Source: an uncultured virus (IMG/VR IMGVR_UViG_3300037790_000020)
Lineage: Duplodnaviria > Heunggongvirae > Uroviricota > Caudoviricetes
Direction: 5' to 3' (one strand)
IMG/VR virus record: IMGVR_UViG_3300037790_000020
Length of the DNA: 20,000 nt
A model generated the notes under the pieces. It was given only the letters and a program-made list of their open reading frames with translations, made no database searches and was not told the DNA's origin. Both the position numbers and the translations under genes were made by a program. Position 1 is the first letter of the stretch, and each line of letters begins with the position of its first letter. Positions 1 to 8,051 of the stretch are shown here, one piece after another.

Positions 1-343
1 AAGCAGCTTTTGGGTCTTTAACTAGATTAACAAGGGTGTCTGGAATACTTTCAGATTCCATAATTTGGTTAATACGGGTTTGAAGTTCAGGGTCTTCTAA
101 TCGGAGCTGGTTAGCTTCCTTGATATTCTCAGTTGCACCTTCATAGTCACCAGTAAGTAACTGACCAGAAGCAATAGAGGATTTCGCACCAGCTTTAGCA
201 CGATTAAGAACATCTCCAGTAGTTCCGGTTTTTTTAGATTGGTATATAGAGTAGAATTGATTGAACTTATCATCATCTAGGTCGTAGCCTTTTTTACCTA
301 GATAATCTCGTAATATTAACTGCTCTTTAAGTAAATCATCCAT
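1..343 (-). CDS. Internal virion/DNA ejection protein, N-terminal part (runs off the window)
   Basis: Not in the ORF track. ATG at 343 preceded by GAGGAG (349-354); frame open to the window edge: MDDLLKEQLILRDYLGKKGYDLDDDKFNQFYSIYQSKKTG...VKDPKAA. Function inferred only from its position after the 826-aa ejection protein. Confidence 0.6.
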   Translation of the reverse strand, partial: MDDLLKEQLILRDYLGKKGYDLDDDKFNQFYSIYQSKKTGTTGDVLNRAKAGAKSSIASGQLLTGDYEGATENIKEANQLRLEDPELQTRINQIMESESIPDTLVNLVKDPKAA

Positions 344-358
344 TAAAGCTCCTCACCA

Positions 359-2839
359 TTATTCAGCCATCTCAGCAAGAATTTCATCAATCTTAGTAGT
401 ATCTAAGTCCGCAAAAGGGTCTAAGAAATCATCATCAGTTTTAATTTTATGTTCCATCTTCTCTCTTTCTAAATCCAATTTATCTCGTTTAAGGTCGAGA
501 GAAGCAGCTTGGTATGGAGTCAGCCCATTACCTTTTCTGGCATTTTGATTTACTTGTTCAATATAAGCTTGTGCTTTTATATAATCAATGTAATCTTGAA
601 ATTCTTGTCTTTTCTTATCTGCAATTGCTTTTTGTCGTTCAAGTTCTAATCTTTTAGCATCCCCAGCACTTTTTGTACCAGCGGATAAACCTGCGAGAAT
701 CTTATCTCCTGAATCACCGTCAGTACCCAGCATAGTTAAACCAGCAATTAAAAGAGGCATATTAATTCCTTTAGAACGGGGTTCTTCTGTTTTTCCGGCC
801 TCTTTATTAATAGGAGTTATCCACGGGGGAAGGACATTTGGAACTGTACTATTACCTTTAGAAGCAACAAATTCGTTTCCTTGTCTAACTGGTCTGTTGT
901 AACTAACTCCTGAATTTGCTTTAAACACTTTACCGGAATCATCCATCTGTAATTGATTTGCATTTAAAGCGGGGATTTTACTTTCATCAAAATCTTTTAA
1001 GTCAGCAACAGTTAGAGGTTTATTTTTGAGACTATTCTCTTGGGTAGAACCCCTATTAAATAGATTTGCAATTTCTTCATTTAAATTATCGTCTACTGAA
1101 ATTTCTTCATACTGAGCTTTAGCATTTTTTGCTAACTGCTGTTGCTTAGCTTCTTTCTTAGCTTGAACTTCCTGTTCGGGAGTAACAAGAAAATCTTTTA
1201 CATGAGGATAAGCGGCGCGGACACCTTTTTCAAGTCCTTCAACAGGGGCAAGAAGCTCATTTAAAATAGAAGCCGGGATATTCTTCAAAGCATTACCTGT
1301 AGAATTAACCATATTCACAGCTTTAGAATTAGCGGGAGAAGTATCTTGTGTTAAATTATAAAGCTCTAAAGAATCCAATTTATCTCTGAAACCTTCAACG
1401 GGTCCGCCATCAGCAAAACCAAATGCACTTAAAAAACTACCGCCAGAACTATCTAAACCAAAAAAGCCATCTGAATTAGGGGAAAGAGTTGGGCCAATAG
1501 GGGCACTATAGTTAGAGGAATCTACACCATCTAAACCACCTTTAAATAAACGGGAGAGCATATTACCATCTGAATCATCAAGGCCAAATTCTTCTATTAA
1601 AGCTTCGAGTCCTAGAGAATCAATTTCTGGGGGTACACCAGAAGCAGGAACAGATGAAGAAATACCGGGGAAACTTGCTCTACCAGCAGGGGCTACCGGA
1701 GCTAGTCTAGCTTGGCTCGCAAGATTAGAAGATACAGGGCCCCCTTCTCTCATCTCAACAGCTTCATCATACTTTACAGTTTTTACACCATTAACTTCAC
1801 CGACTGCATCTGGTTTAACTTGTTCTACATCTTGCGCTATAAGGCCGATTTGTGGGGTTGAATCACCTTTATAATTATATGAATATACAGGTAATCCATT
1901 ATCTAATTCACCTACTTGTTTAATATTCTCTTTTACTCGTTCATCAGAGAACAGTCCTGCAATAGAGGCTACAGAAGATGCAATGCCAGCAACATTACCT
2001 AAAGTACTAGAACCGCCACCACCTTGTTGGTCTTGTGTAGTTGTACCACCTGCATACGCACCAGTTAAAGGATTCATAATATTAGCCAAGAAATTTATAT
2101 TTTCATAAGGATAGGCTTGTTCTCTATCAAATTCTTGGAAATCAAAATCTAGTTCATCTTGTCTTCTTAATCTTTGCAGTTCACCTTGCTTTAACAACTG
2201 AGTAATATCAGCTAAGTTATAGGCTTGCCCACCTTCTACAGTCTGCAAACCTTGAGAAATGCCAGAACTTAGAACATCAGAACCTCGGTTAAACTGGTTT
2301 TGAGCATTATCGAATGCATCAAAACGCCCACGATAATCTAAATCTTGTAATTGTTCTTGTAATAATTCATCTGCTTCAGCTTGTCTAAGTGCAATCCTAG
2401 AACCGCCAAAAGCATTAATCATACCTGCTTCTTGGTCCCGCAGCCGTTGTTGGTCATTATAATTATCAATTGTATTGCGTTTAGAAATATCTAGAACATT
2501 CTCTAGATAAGGATTCATATACTGTTGAATTTGGGCTGAAGTAGGACCGTTAGCTCTACTAATTAAATCGTAAACACTACTAGAAGTAGTATTCAGTAAG
2601 TCATTATACTTACCAGTAGTACTGCGCGTTAAATCAAACGCTGTATTAGCGTCAGTAGTGAAATCAGCGATACGTTGCTGAGTATAGGGAGTAAAGGATT
2701 GCTTAGAAAGAGTTTCAGCGCGTTTAACTAAATTTTTATTTCTTGAATCAAGCCAGCTAGGGACCTGAACTGTTTGGGTAGAGACAGCTCCGCCGCCATC
2801 ATCTCCACCACCTAATAAACCTTTAGCTAAACCACCCAT
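359..2839 (-). CDS. DNA ejection/pilot protein (826 aa) with internal Peptidase_S74-type intramolecular chaperone autocleavage domain
   Basis: Gly-rich N-terminus (MGGLAKGLLGGG), Q/N/A-rich helical region with YMNPY and AFGGSR motifs typical of podovirus pilot proteins; S298-D-E-R-V-K303 followed by VYSYNYKG and GLIAQDVEQVKPDAV (ICA signature); C-terminal hydrophobic segment and coiled coil. Lies directly after a GNAT gene, as P22 gene 7 follows gene 14. Confidence 0.75.
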   Translation of the reverse strand: MGGLAKGLLGGGDDGGGAVSTQTVQVPSWLDSRNKNLVKRAETLSKQSFTPYTQQRIADFTTDANTAFDLTRSTTGKYNDLLNTTSSSVYDLISRANGPTSAQIQQYMNPYLENVLDISKRNTIDNYNDQQRLRDQEAGMINAFGGSRIALRQAEADELLQEQLQDLDYRGRFDAFDNAQNQFNRGSDVLSSGISQGLQTVEGGQAYNLADITQLLKQGELQRLRRQDELDFDFQEFDREQAYPYENINFLANIMNPLTGAYAGGTTTQDQQGGGGSSTLGNVAGIASSVASIAGLFSDERVKENIKQVGELDNGLPVYSYNYKGDSTPQIGLIAQDVEQVKPDAVGEVNGVKTVKYDEAVEMREGGPVSSNLASQARLAPVAPAGRASFPGISSSVPASGVPPEIDSLGLEALIEEFGLDDSDGNMLSRLFKGGLDGVDSSNYSAPIGPTLSPNSDGFFGLDSSGGSFLSAFGFADGGPVEGFRDKLDSLELYNLTQDTSPANSKAVNMVNSTGNALKNIPASILNELLAPVEGLEKGVRAAYPHVKDFLVTPEQEVQAKKEAKQQQLAKNAKAQYEEISVDDNLNEEIANLFNRGSTQENSLKNKPLTVADLKDFDESKIPALNANQLQMDDSGKVFKANSGVSYNRPVRQGNEFVASKGNSTVPNVLPPWITPINKEAGKTEEPRSKGINMPLLIAGLTMLGTDGDSGDKILAGLSAGTKSAGDAKRLELERQKAIADKKRQEFQDYIDYIKAQAYIEQVNQNARKGNGLTPYQAASLDLKRDKLDLEREKMEHKIKTDDDFLDPFADLDTTKIDEILAEMAE

Positions 2840-2851
2840 AATGTATTCTCT

Positions 2852-3328
2852 CTATTCTCTTTTCTTTGTTACCCAAAAGCCTATAGACTCATAACCACGC
2901 TTTTTTAACATCTTAAATTTACGTTCTACATCTTTTGTTGTAAAAAACAATAAACTCAAGGGTAACCCATTAATTTTAGCAAATTCTTCAGCAACAGACA
3001 ACATACGGTTAAATGCATTAAATGACCTAAATTCCTTTTTAATATAGAAAACTACGTCTAGCATTGTTGTTTCATCTGTCCACCAAAAAGAATCTATAAC
3101 TAACCCAAGAACGCCAACTATTACTCCATTATTATCATATACCAGTAAAGTTTTATTTTCTATTAACTTTTCTAATTGTGCTCTTACTTTAGAATCTGAT
3201 GTTGGGGGGAAATACTCCCAATCATTTTCTAAGGGTATTTGGTGTACTAATTCTACACATGCATCTAAATCATCTTTTGTTGCCAATCTTGTTTCAAATG
3301 GCGATACTCTCTTTTTCTCCTCACTCAT
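2852..3328 (-). CDS. GNAT-fold acetyltransferase-like virion assembly protein
   Basis: RLATKDDLD start, LVYDNNGVIVG strand, FYIKKEFRS motif-A region, AEEFAKING, KKRGYESIG end; GAGGAG RBS upstream of 3328. Confidence 0.8.
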   Translation of the reverse strand: MSEEKKRVSPFETRLATKDDLDACVELVHQIPLENDWEYFPPTSDSKVRAQLEKLIENKTLLVYDNNGVIVGVLGLVIDSFWWTDETTMLDVVFYIKKEFRSFNAFNRMLSVAEEFAKINGLPLSLLFFTTKDVERKFKMLKKRGYESIGFWVTKKRE

Positions 3329-3335
3329 TTTTTAA

Positions 3336-3644
3336 TTACTCCTCTGTAATTTCCGGTTGTTCCTCTAAAAGCAACTCTCCTGTCATTAAAATATTCTCTG
3401 CGAAAGCTACGGCTGTTTCTCTATCCATATTATTTACTAAAGCAAAGACTTCTTCTAAAAATCTAAGACCGGGGTCGGTAGCACCGCCTCCTAACTTAGA
3501 AACCTGTTCTGCATTAACCACATACTCTCCTTCAGAAAGCATTGCAGGAATATCATCAGATACACCTGTAGACTCACCATTATCTTTAGGCTGGGCCTGA
3601 ATAGTGTTTAGATAAGAAAGAAGGGGATTTTGGTCTTTATTCAT
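3336..3644 (-). CDS. Stand-alone small protein resembling the SDxIPAxLSxGEYVV domain of tape-measure/internal virion proteins
   Basis: Contains TGVSDDIPAMLSEGEYVVNAEQVSKLGGG; AGGA RBS; has its own promoter candidate just upstream. Confidence 0.65.
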   Translation of the reverse strand: MNKDQNPLLSYLNTIQAQPKDNGESTGVSDDIPAMLSEGEYVVNAEQVSKLGGGATDPGLRFLEEVFALVNNMDRETAVAFAENILMTGELLLEEQPEITEE

Positions 3645-3670
3645 TATTTTTCCTATTTTAAATACTAATT

Positions 3671-3679
3671 ATTATATCA
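3671..3679 (-). promoter_or_regulatory. Extended -10 promoter candidate (TGATATAAT)
   Basis: Perfect TGnTATAAT in the 46-nt intergenic gap, 26 nt upstream of the ATG at 3644; no clear -35. Same motif occurs in two other intergenic gaps. Confidence 0.6.
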
Positions 3680-3690
3680 TATTATCAAGA

Positions 3691-3984
3691 TTATAAGCTT
3701 GTAGTAGTTAAATTACCGGAATTATCTACTTGTACTCGCCATCTCGTACCGTCTGGACTTTCTAATATTAAACCATCATCTGAATCATCCACTTCAATAT
3801 CACCACCAAAAACTAAATCCGTAGAAGTGTCAACATAATTAAGACTGATAACCGTATCAATATTTGTATGTTGATTTTCGATATCCCGGTGAAGTTCAAT
3901 AAGATAACGATTTACTTCCTCTAAAGTTTTAAATTCTAAAGGCGGTTGGGTTAAGTTTAATAAAGGCAGTCTATTTACTGGCAT
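3691..3984 (-). CDS. Small tail protein, possible tail needle/plug
   Basis: Short helical N-terminal part plus C-terminal GLILESPDGTRWRVQVDNSGNLTT beta motif seen in phage trimeric fibre ends; immediately follows the nozzle (P22 gp26 position); TAATG overlap at 3984. Confidence 0.5.
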   Translation of the reverse strand: MPVNRLPLLNLTQPPLEFKTLEEVNRYLIELHRDIENQHTNIDTVISLNYVDTSTDLVFGGDIEVDDSDDGLILESPDGTRWRVQVDNSGNLTTTSL

Positions 3985-5795
3985 TATCGTCTCCCACTTT
4001 GTTGTATAGATGCCAAGATTTCTCCTAATCTATAATTTCCATTAACAGTATTACTTCTTAACTGAAAATTGATATAACGTCCCCGAGCTCTTACAAATAC
4101 TTGAGCAGTTGTTGGATTATAAGAATATGATTTAGAGAAAGTTTCTGTTGTATTAGGAAACTTTTTATATTCTAAATCTAAAGTCATTGGGCTAACAAAA
4201 TCACCATCTAAAATAAATCTATCGACTAACATCATATCATTACCAGTATCATCTATCTTAAAAAATCCAGTTTTAATATACGAATCGATTGGCATACCGT
4301 CGTTATTATGGGTGTCTTCATGTGCATATAATATACCGGAAGAATCAAATGCATAAGGCTTATCATAAACAAACGCATCTTCCCATGCCGTTCGTTCTAA
4401 AGTACCATCATACCAAACATTATCTTTATAATTATATATAATATATCTATTTATTTCTGTACTATTTTTATCTGGTAAAAAATACCATATCTCATCAAAT
4501 TCTCTATTACGGCCAATGAAACATTTAATTTTCTGTTCTTCATTAAAGTAACCGTCTTCATTTGAATCAAAATAAAATAAATCTAATGTAGAAGGGAGAA
4601 TACGTACAACTCCATCATACATCCTAAACCCTTCCTCGCTTAACCAAAATACTCGGCCATCTACATCAGTTACCGCTTTTGGGGATATAATACCTGAGGT
4701 ATCTGATACAAGAGTAACTTCATAAACAAGGTCATCATTTCTGGGGCGCATACGATATACTGCTTTGTCCGTAAAAACAAGTATCTCACCATTACGTGTT
4801 TCAACAGCACTGATAATCTTAGTGCCTCGAGTCAGCCTAAACTCACCCGAATTAGAACCGGGGGCAGTTGGGTCAAATTCCGTATAATCTTCATTATCAG
4901 ACCAACGAATTAAAAGGGGGTCAAATGTACCACTAACATCTTTAGTACCAAATAAAATACATTGCCTGAAATACCCGGAGACAATCATCCAATTAGATTG
5001 GTCTGGGGCATCTGTAACTTCCGTAGCTCGTGTTGAAGTACCTGCGGAAGTATCCCAATAATAAAGTGCCCCGCCGGAAGGTAGTATAAGTAAATCTTCG
5101 CCCCAATTCTCTAAAGAAGTAATTCGGGCATCAGCTATAACACCTTCTGTTCTAGGGGTCCCCCATGTGGAATCGGACCATAAACCTGTACCGTAGCCAT
5201 AACCGCTATTACCTGAGTCACATAGACCACTCTCTAAAAGATAATTAATATCTACTGAGCCACCACCTGTGCCAGAAGCGGTAGCATTACTAGACGCAGT
5301 TATTACGTAATTATCTGCATCGGTTACTGATTGAACTTCATATTCACCAGAAAACGTAATTCCATTATAAGTAACGTCGGAATCAAATTCAATAAAATCT
5401 CCTACCGATGCACTATGAAGAGTATCTTCTATAGATACAGAAGCAGAACCGCTTGTTGTAGTAATTGGGTCTGTCAAATTTGACGTAGCACGAATAGGAG
5501 TTATATCAAAATAAGTACCACCTTCTCGTACATAAAAATGATTATTAGAAGCCGCAGCCAAATAAAGAGTTGTGTCTAATGCTTGCCAAGTATGCATAGA
5601 ACGAATACATCCTTTAGGGGAATTTGAATTGATTTCACTAACCCAACCACCAAGTTTTTGTGGCTTTAATTCACGAAAACGAACTTTATCCCCATCGACA
5701 TAAAAAGGGACATTACCGGATTCAATGGCCGTAGCATTTTTAAAAATACCGGGCTGAATCTGCACTGGAACTAATCGTGAACTTTTTGCAGTCAT
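3984..5795 (-). CDS. Tail nozzle / tail tubular protein B (P22 gp10-like stabilization protein)
   Basis: 603 aa beta-rich; motifs DGDKVRF, ENWGEDL, DPLLIRWSDNED, FDEIWYF, YNYKDNVWYDGTLERTAW, RARGRY and C-terminal SGRR typical of this family; Thr/Gly-rich inserted beta domain near the N-terminus. Confidence 0.8.
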   Translation of the reverse strand: MTAKSSRLVPVQIQPGIFKNATAIESGNVPFYVDGDKVRFRELKPQKLGGWVSEINSNSPKGCIRSMHTWQALDTTLYLAAASNNHFYVREGGTYFDITPIRATSNLTDPITTTSGSASVSIEDTLHSASVGDFIEFDSDVTYNGITFSGEYEVQSVTDADNYVITASSNATASGTGGGSVDINYLLESGLCDSGNSGYGYGTGLWSDSTWGTPRTEGVIADARITSLENWGEDLLILPSGGALYYWDTSAGTSTRATEVTDAPDQSNWMIVSGYFRQCILFGTKDVSGTFDPLLIRWSDNEDYTEFDPTAPGSNSGEFRLTRGTKIISAVETRNGEILVFTDKAVYRMRPRNDDLVYEVTLVSDTSGIISPKAVTDVDGRVFWLSEEGFRMYDGVVRILPSTLDLFYFDSNEDGYFNEEQKIKCFIGRNREFDEIWYFLPDKNSTEINRYIIYNYKDNVWYDGTLERTAWEDAFVYDKPYAFDSSGILYAHEDTHNNDGMPIDSYIKTGFFKIDDTGNDMMLVDRFILDGDFVSPMTLDLEYKKFPNTTETFSKSYSYNPTTAQVFVRARGRYINFQLRSNTVNGNYRLGEILASIQQSGRR

Positions 5796-5808
5796 ATCAT
5801 TTCCCCAC

Positions 5809-6858
5809 TTACTTTGCCACTACTTTTATATTCCATTTAGAGACCGTTAAAGTTCGACCACCACCAGAACCGCCGGGCCTAATAGTTACGATACTGTTAC
5901 CAATATTTACATCTATATTTGTATCATCTACAACAGTAGTAGTTTGGATATAGGAATTACTTTCATCTGAACGAAAATAAGCGGAAGGGGCCTCAATAAT
6001 TTCACCCACGCTGTATTCATTATCTGTGGATATACATTTCAGATAAACTTTCCAATCTATAGGAGTAGTGCCAAGTCCGTGAGTATATGTTTTTGTACTG
6101 TTTGTTGAAAAAGAAGAATACCCACTGTCGTACGCCCAACCTGTTGCAGCAGCTACACCTGCTGGAGTAACCGCTCTTTCTGTATCAGTACCCGCCTGAG
6201 CTTCTGCCACAGTTGCTAATTCTACAATACCTTTTGTTGTTTCATCAGCATCACTTACGGTAACAGTAGCGGTTCCTGCATCAGCATCAATAACTAATGA
6301 CCCACTAGGAGTTAAAGCCACAGGCTCGTTACTTGAATTGAAAGAAACTAATGAATCTTCTGTGCTACCTGAAAAAGCAGCAATAGGCCCAAGACCTAGA
6401 TTAGTTCTGGCAGTTTCAGCATCTTCTAAATCTGATAAATTATTATTTAAATCAAGAAAAGGTAGGGGGTGTACTTCAGTACCGTCACAATATAAAATAC
6501 TTACTTGCCCATCAGTTAATGTTAATGTTTGTCCACTTCCCGTAGTAACAACTACATTGCTCGCATCTGAAGTAGCGTTGTGGACCATATAAACCTTATT
6601 AACAGTAGGAATGGTCACATTTCTTGAAGTTCCGGGGCTTCCAGTAAATTTAAGTACAGCAGCACGAGATTGGTCAGCGGTTCCATTATTAGTTGTTAAG
6701 GTAACATTCCCTGCTGTAACAGAAACCTCTTCTACACCAGCAATTGCTTCTTCTATAAGCTCGATAGTATTTTCATTCAATATATCTCCCCAAGTGTTAT
6801 TATTTTCACCTGTTGCTTGTTTTGCTAACCTTAATAAATTACTATAACTTGTTGCCAT
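5809..6858 (-). CDS. Tail fibre/spike protein 2
   Basis: N-terminal attachment motif MATSYSNLLRL..QATGENNNTWG; NNLSDL..ARTNLGL repeat; ADETTKGIVELATVAEAQAGTDTERAVTP (T4 gp34/gp12-type fibre repeat); C-terminal THGLGTTP receptor-binding-like domain. Confidence 0.8.
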   Translation of the reverse strand: MATSYSNLLRLAKQATGENNNTWGDILNENTIELIEEAIAGVEEVSVTAGNVTLTTNNGTADQSRAAVLKFTGSPGTSRNVTIPTVNKVYMVHNATSDASNVVVTTGSGQTLTLTDGQVSILYCDGTEVHPLPFLDLNNNLSDLEDAETARTNLGLGPIAAFSGSTEDSLVSFNSSNEPVALTPSGSLVIDADAGTATVTVSDADETTKGIVELATVAEAQAGTDTERAVTPAGVAAATGWAYDSGYSSFSTNSTKTYTHGLGTTPIDWKVYLKCISTDNEYSVGEIIEAPSAYFRSDESNSYIQTTTVVDDTNIDVNIGNSIVTIRPGGSGGGRTLTVSKWNIKVVAK

Positions 6859-6863
6859 TTTAT

Positions 6864-7523
6864 TTAACCTTTCGTATTAAGACCCCCTTCAGGATTATAG
6901 ACGTGAGCATTATCATCCCGTCTATCTCGTACTCCTTCTATATTGGTCGAGCCGAGAGCTTCTTGAAGCTTATTTTCCCATTCGGCTTTAAATTCTGAAT
7001 CTCTCATCCATTCTGCTGCCGCACTTAAAGATGCGTATAAAAGAAGGTCGGGGTACTTCGTTATAAATATATTTGTTTGGTTACTAGAACTTAAAGCTGT
7101 TGGTTGAGCCTCATAATCAATAGTAACATTATAGCTTCCGTCGGCAGTTGGAGCCACTGTCCATTGTGTATCATTTTTATTCCCATAATATTTAGGCACT
7201 CCTGTAGCCGTAGTTGAAGGCCAATAATCTCTTATAAAAGATTCACTTTTACGTATAAGCCTGACTAATTCTCCGCCAACTGTTATATATAAATTTTTTG
7301 TTACTCTATGGTCTGTAGGTTTTGTTATCGTCTTATTATTTACCGTTAAAGTTTTACTCGTATCTTCTTTTGTAAAATCATGGTCCACTAAACGAAATAA
7401 ACGTTCTTCGGCTAAATATATAGCTGTAGGTATATAATCAACAAATTCTTGAGAAGTATCTTCTGCAATTTCTTGGATTATCGCTTTTAAATTATTATAA
7501 CTAGTGGGTAAATAAGTAGTCAT
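6864..7523 (-). CDS. Head-tail adaptor / tail tubular protein A, paralogue 2
   Basis: SYNNLKAIIQ..E...F...IP..I.LAEERL, GVPKYY, VAPTADGSYNVTIDY, YPDLLLYASL: podovirus adaptor family pattern. Confidence 0.75.
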   Translation of the reverse strand: MTTYLPTSYNNLKAIIQEIAEDTSQEFVDYIPTAIYLAEERLFRLVDHDFTKEDTSKTLTVNNKTITKPTDHRVTKNLYITVGGELVRLIRKSESFIRDYWPSTTATGVPKYYGNKNDTQWTVAPTADGSYNVTIDYEAQPTALSSSNQTNIFITKYPDLLLYASLSAAAEWMRDSEFKAEWENKLQEALGSTNIEGVRDRRDDNAHVYNPEGGLNTKG

Positions 7524-7526
7524 TGA

Positions 7527-8051
7527 TTATCTAACCTTCACATTCTCTAGTTCTTTTGGCCACAGTCTTTTTAATTCTTCTACGGTCTCAGCTTTTTTTA
7601 AATCAAACTTTTGAGGTATATCTCTCAATTTTTGTTTTTCTAACTGAACATCTTTTCCTTTTAAAGTTTCTATATCTAATTCTCTTAACTTAATATCTCT
7701 AAAAAAGCGAATACGATTCATATGAATATCACGAGCCTTATTTATATCAATATCTACTTTACCATCTCTATCAATAAAGGCTTCTTGAAAAGTGCTATCA
7801 AAAGTTCCATCAGATTTTCCATCAGGTAAATTAGAACTGTCAATCAATTTCCATGTAATTTCTGCATTCTCATAACCTTTTTTAGCTTTTAAATTTTTAA
7901 TAGCTGTATTTGCTGCAAAAGATATGGCCTGTTCTTCTGCCACACCCTGTTCAATAAGTTTTCTAATAATTGAAACGTATTCACCATCTTTTCGGCTTAT
8001 TAAACCAAGCTGAACACGCCCATCCCCAAAAATATATTTAATAACTTTCAT
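7527..8051 (-). CDS. Tail fibre assembly chaperone-like protein (174 aa)
   Basis: C-terminal KAR.IH..RIR..RD.KL.ELD...KQKLRDIPQ...VEELKRLWP pattern; follows the long fibre. Start moved to the ATG at 8051, which overlaps the fibre stop (TAATG) and has GGAG upstream. Confidence 0.7.
   Translation of the reverse strand: MKVIKYIFGDGRVQLGLISRKDGEYVSIIRKLIEQGVAEEQAISFAANTAIKNLKAKKGYENAEITWKLIDSSNLPDGKSDGTFDSTFQEAFIDRDGKVDIDINKARDIHMNRIRFFRDIKLRELDIETLKGKDVQLEKQKLRDIPQKFDLKKAETVEELKRLWPKELENVKVR

Noticed and set aside
359..2839. Annotating the 826-aa protein as a tail fibre or endosialidase because of the S74 domain
   Set aside because: Upstream sequence is helical and Q/G-rich rather than beta-helical, and gene position matches ejection proteins.
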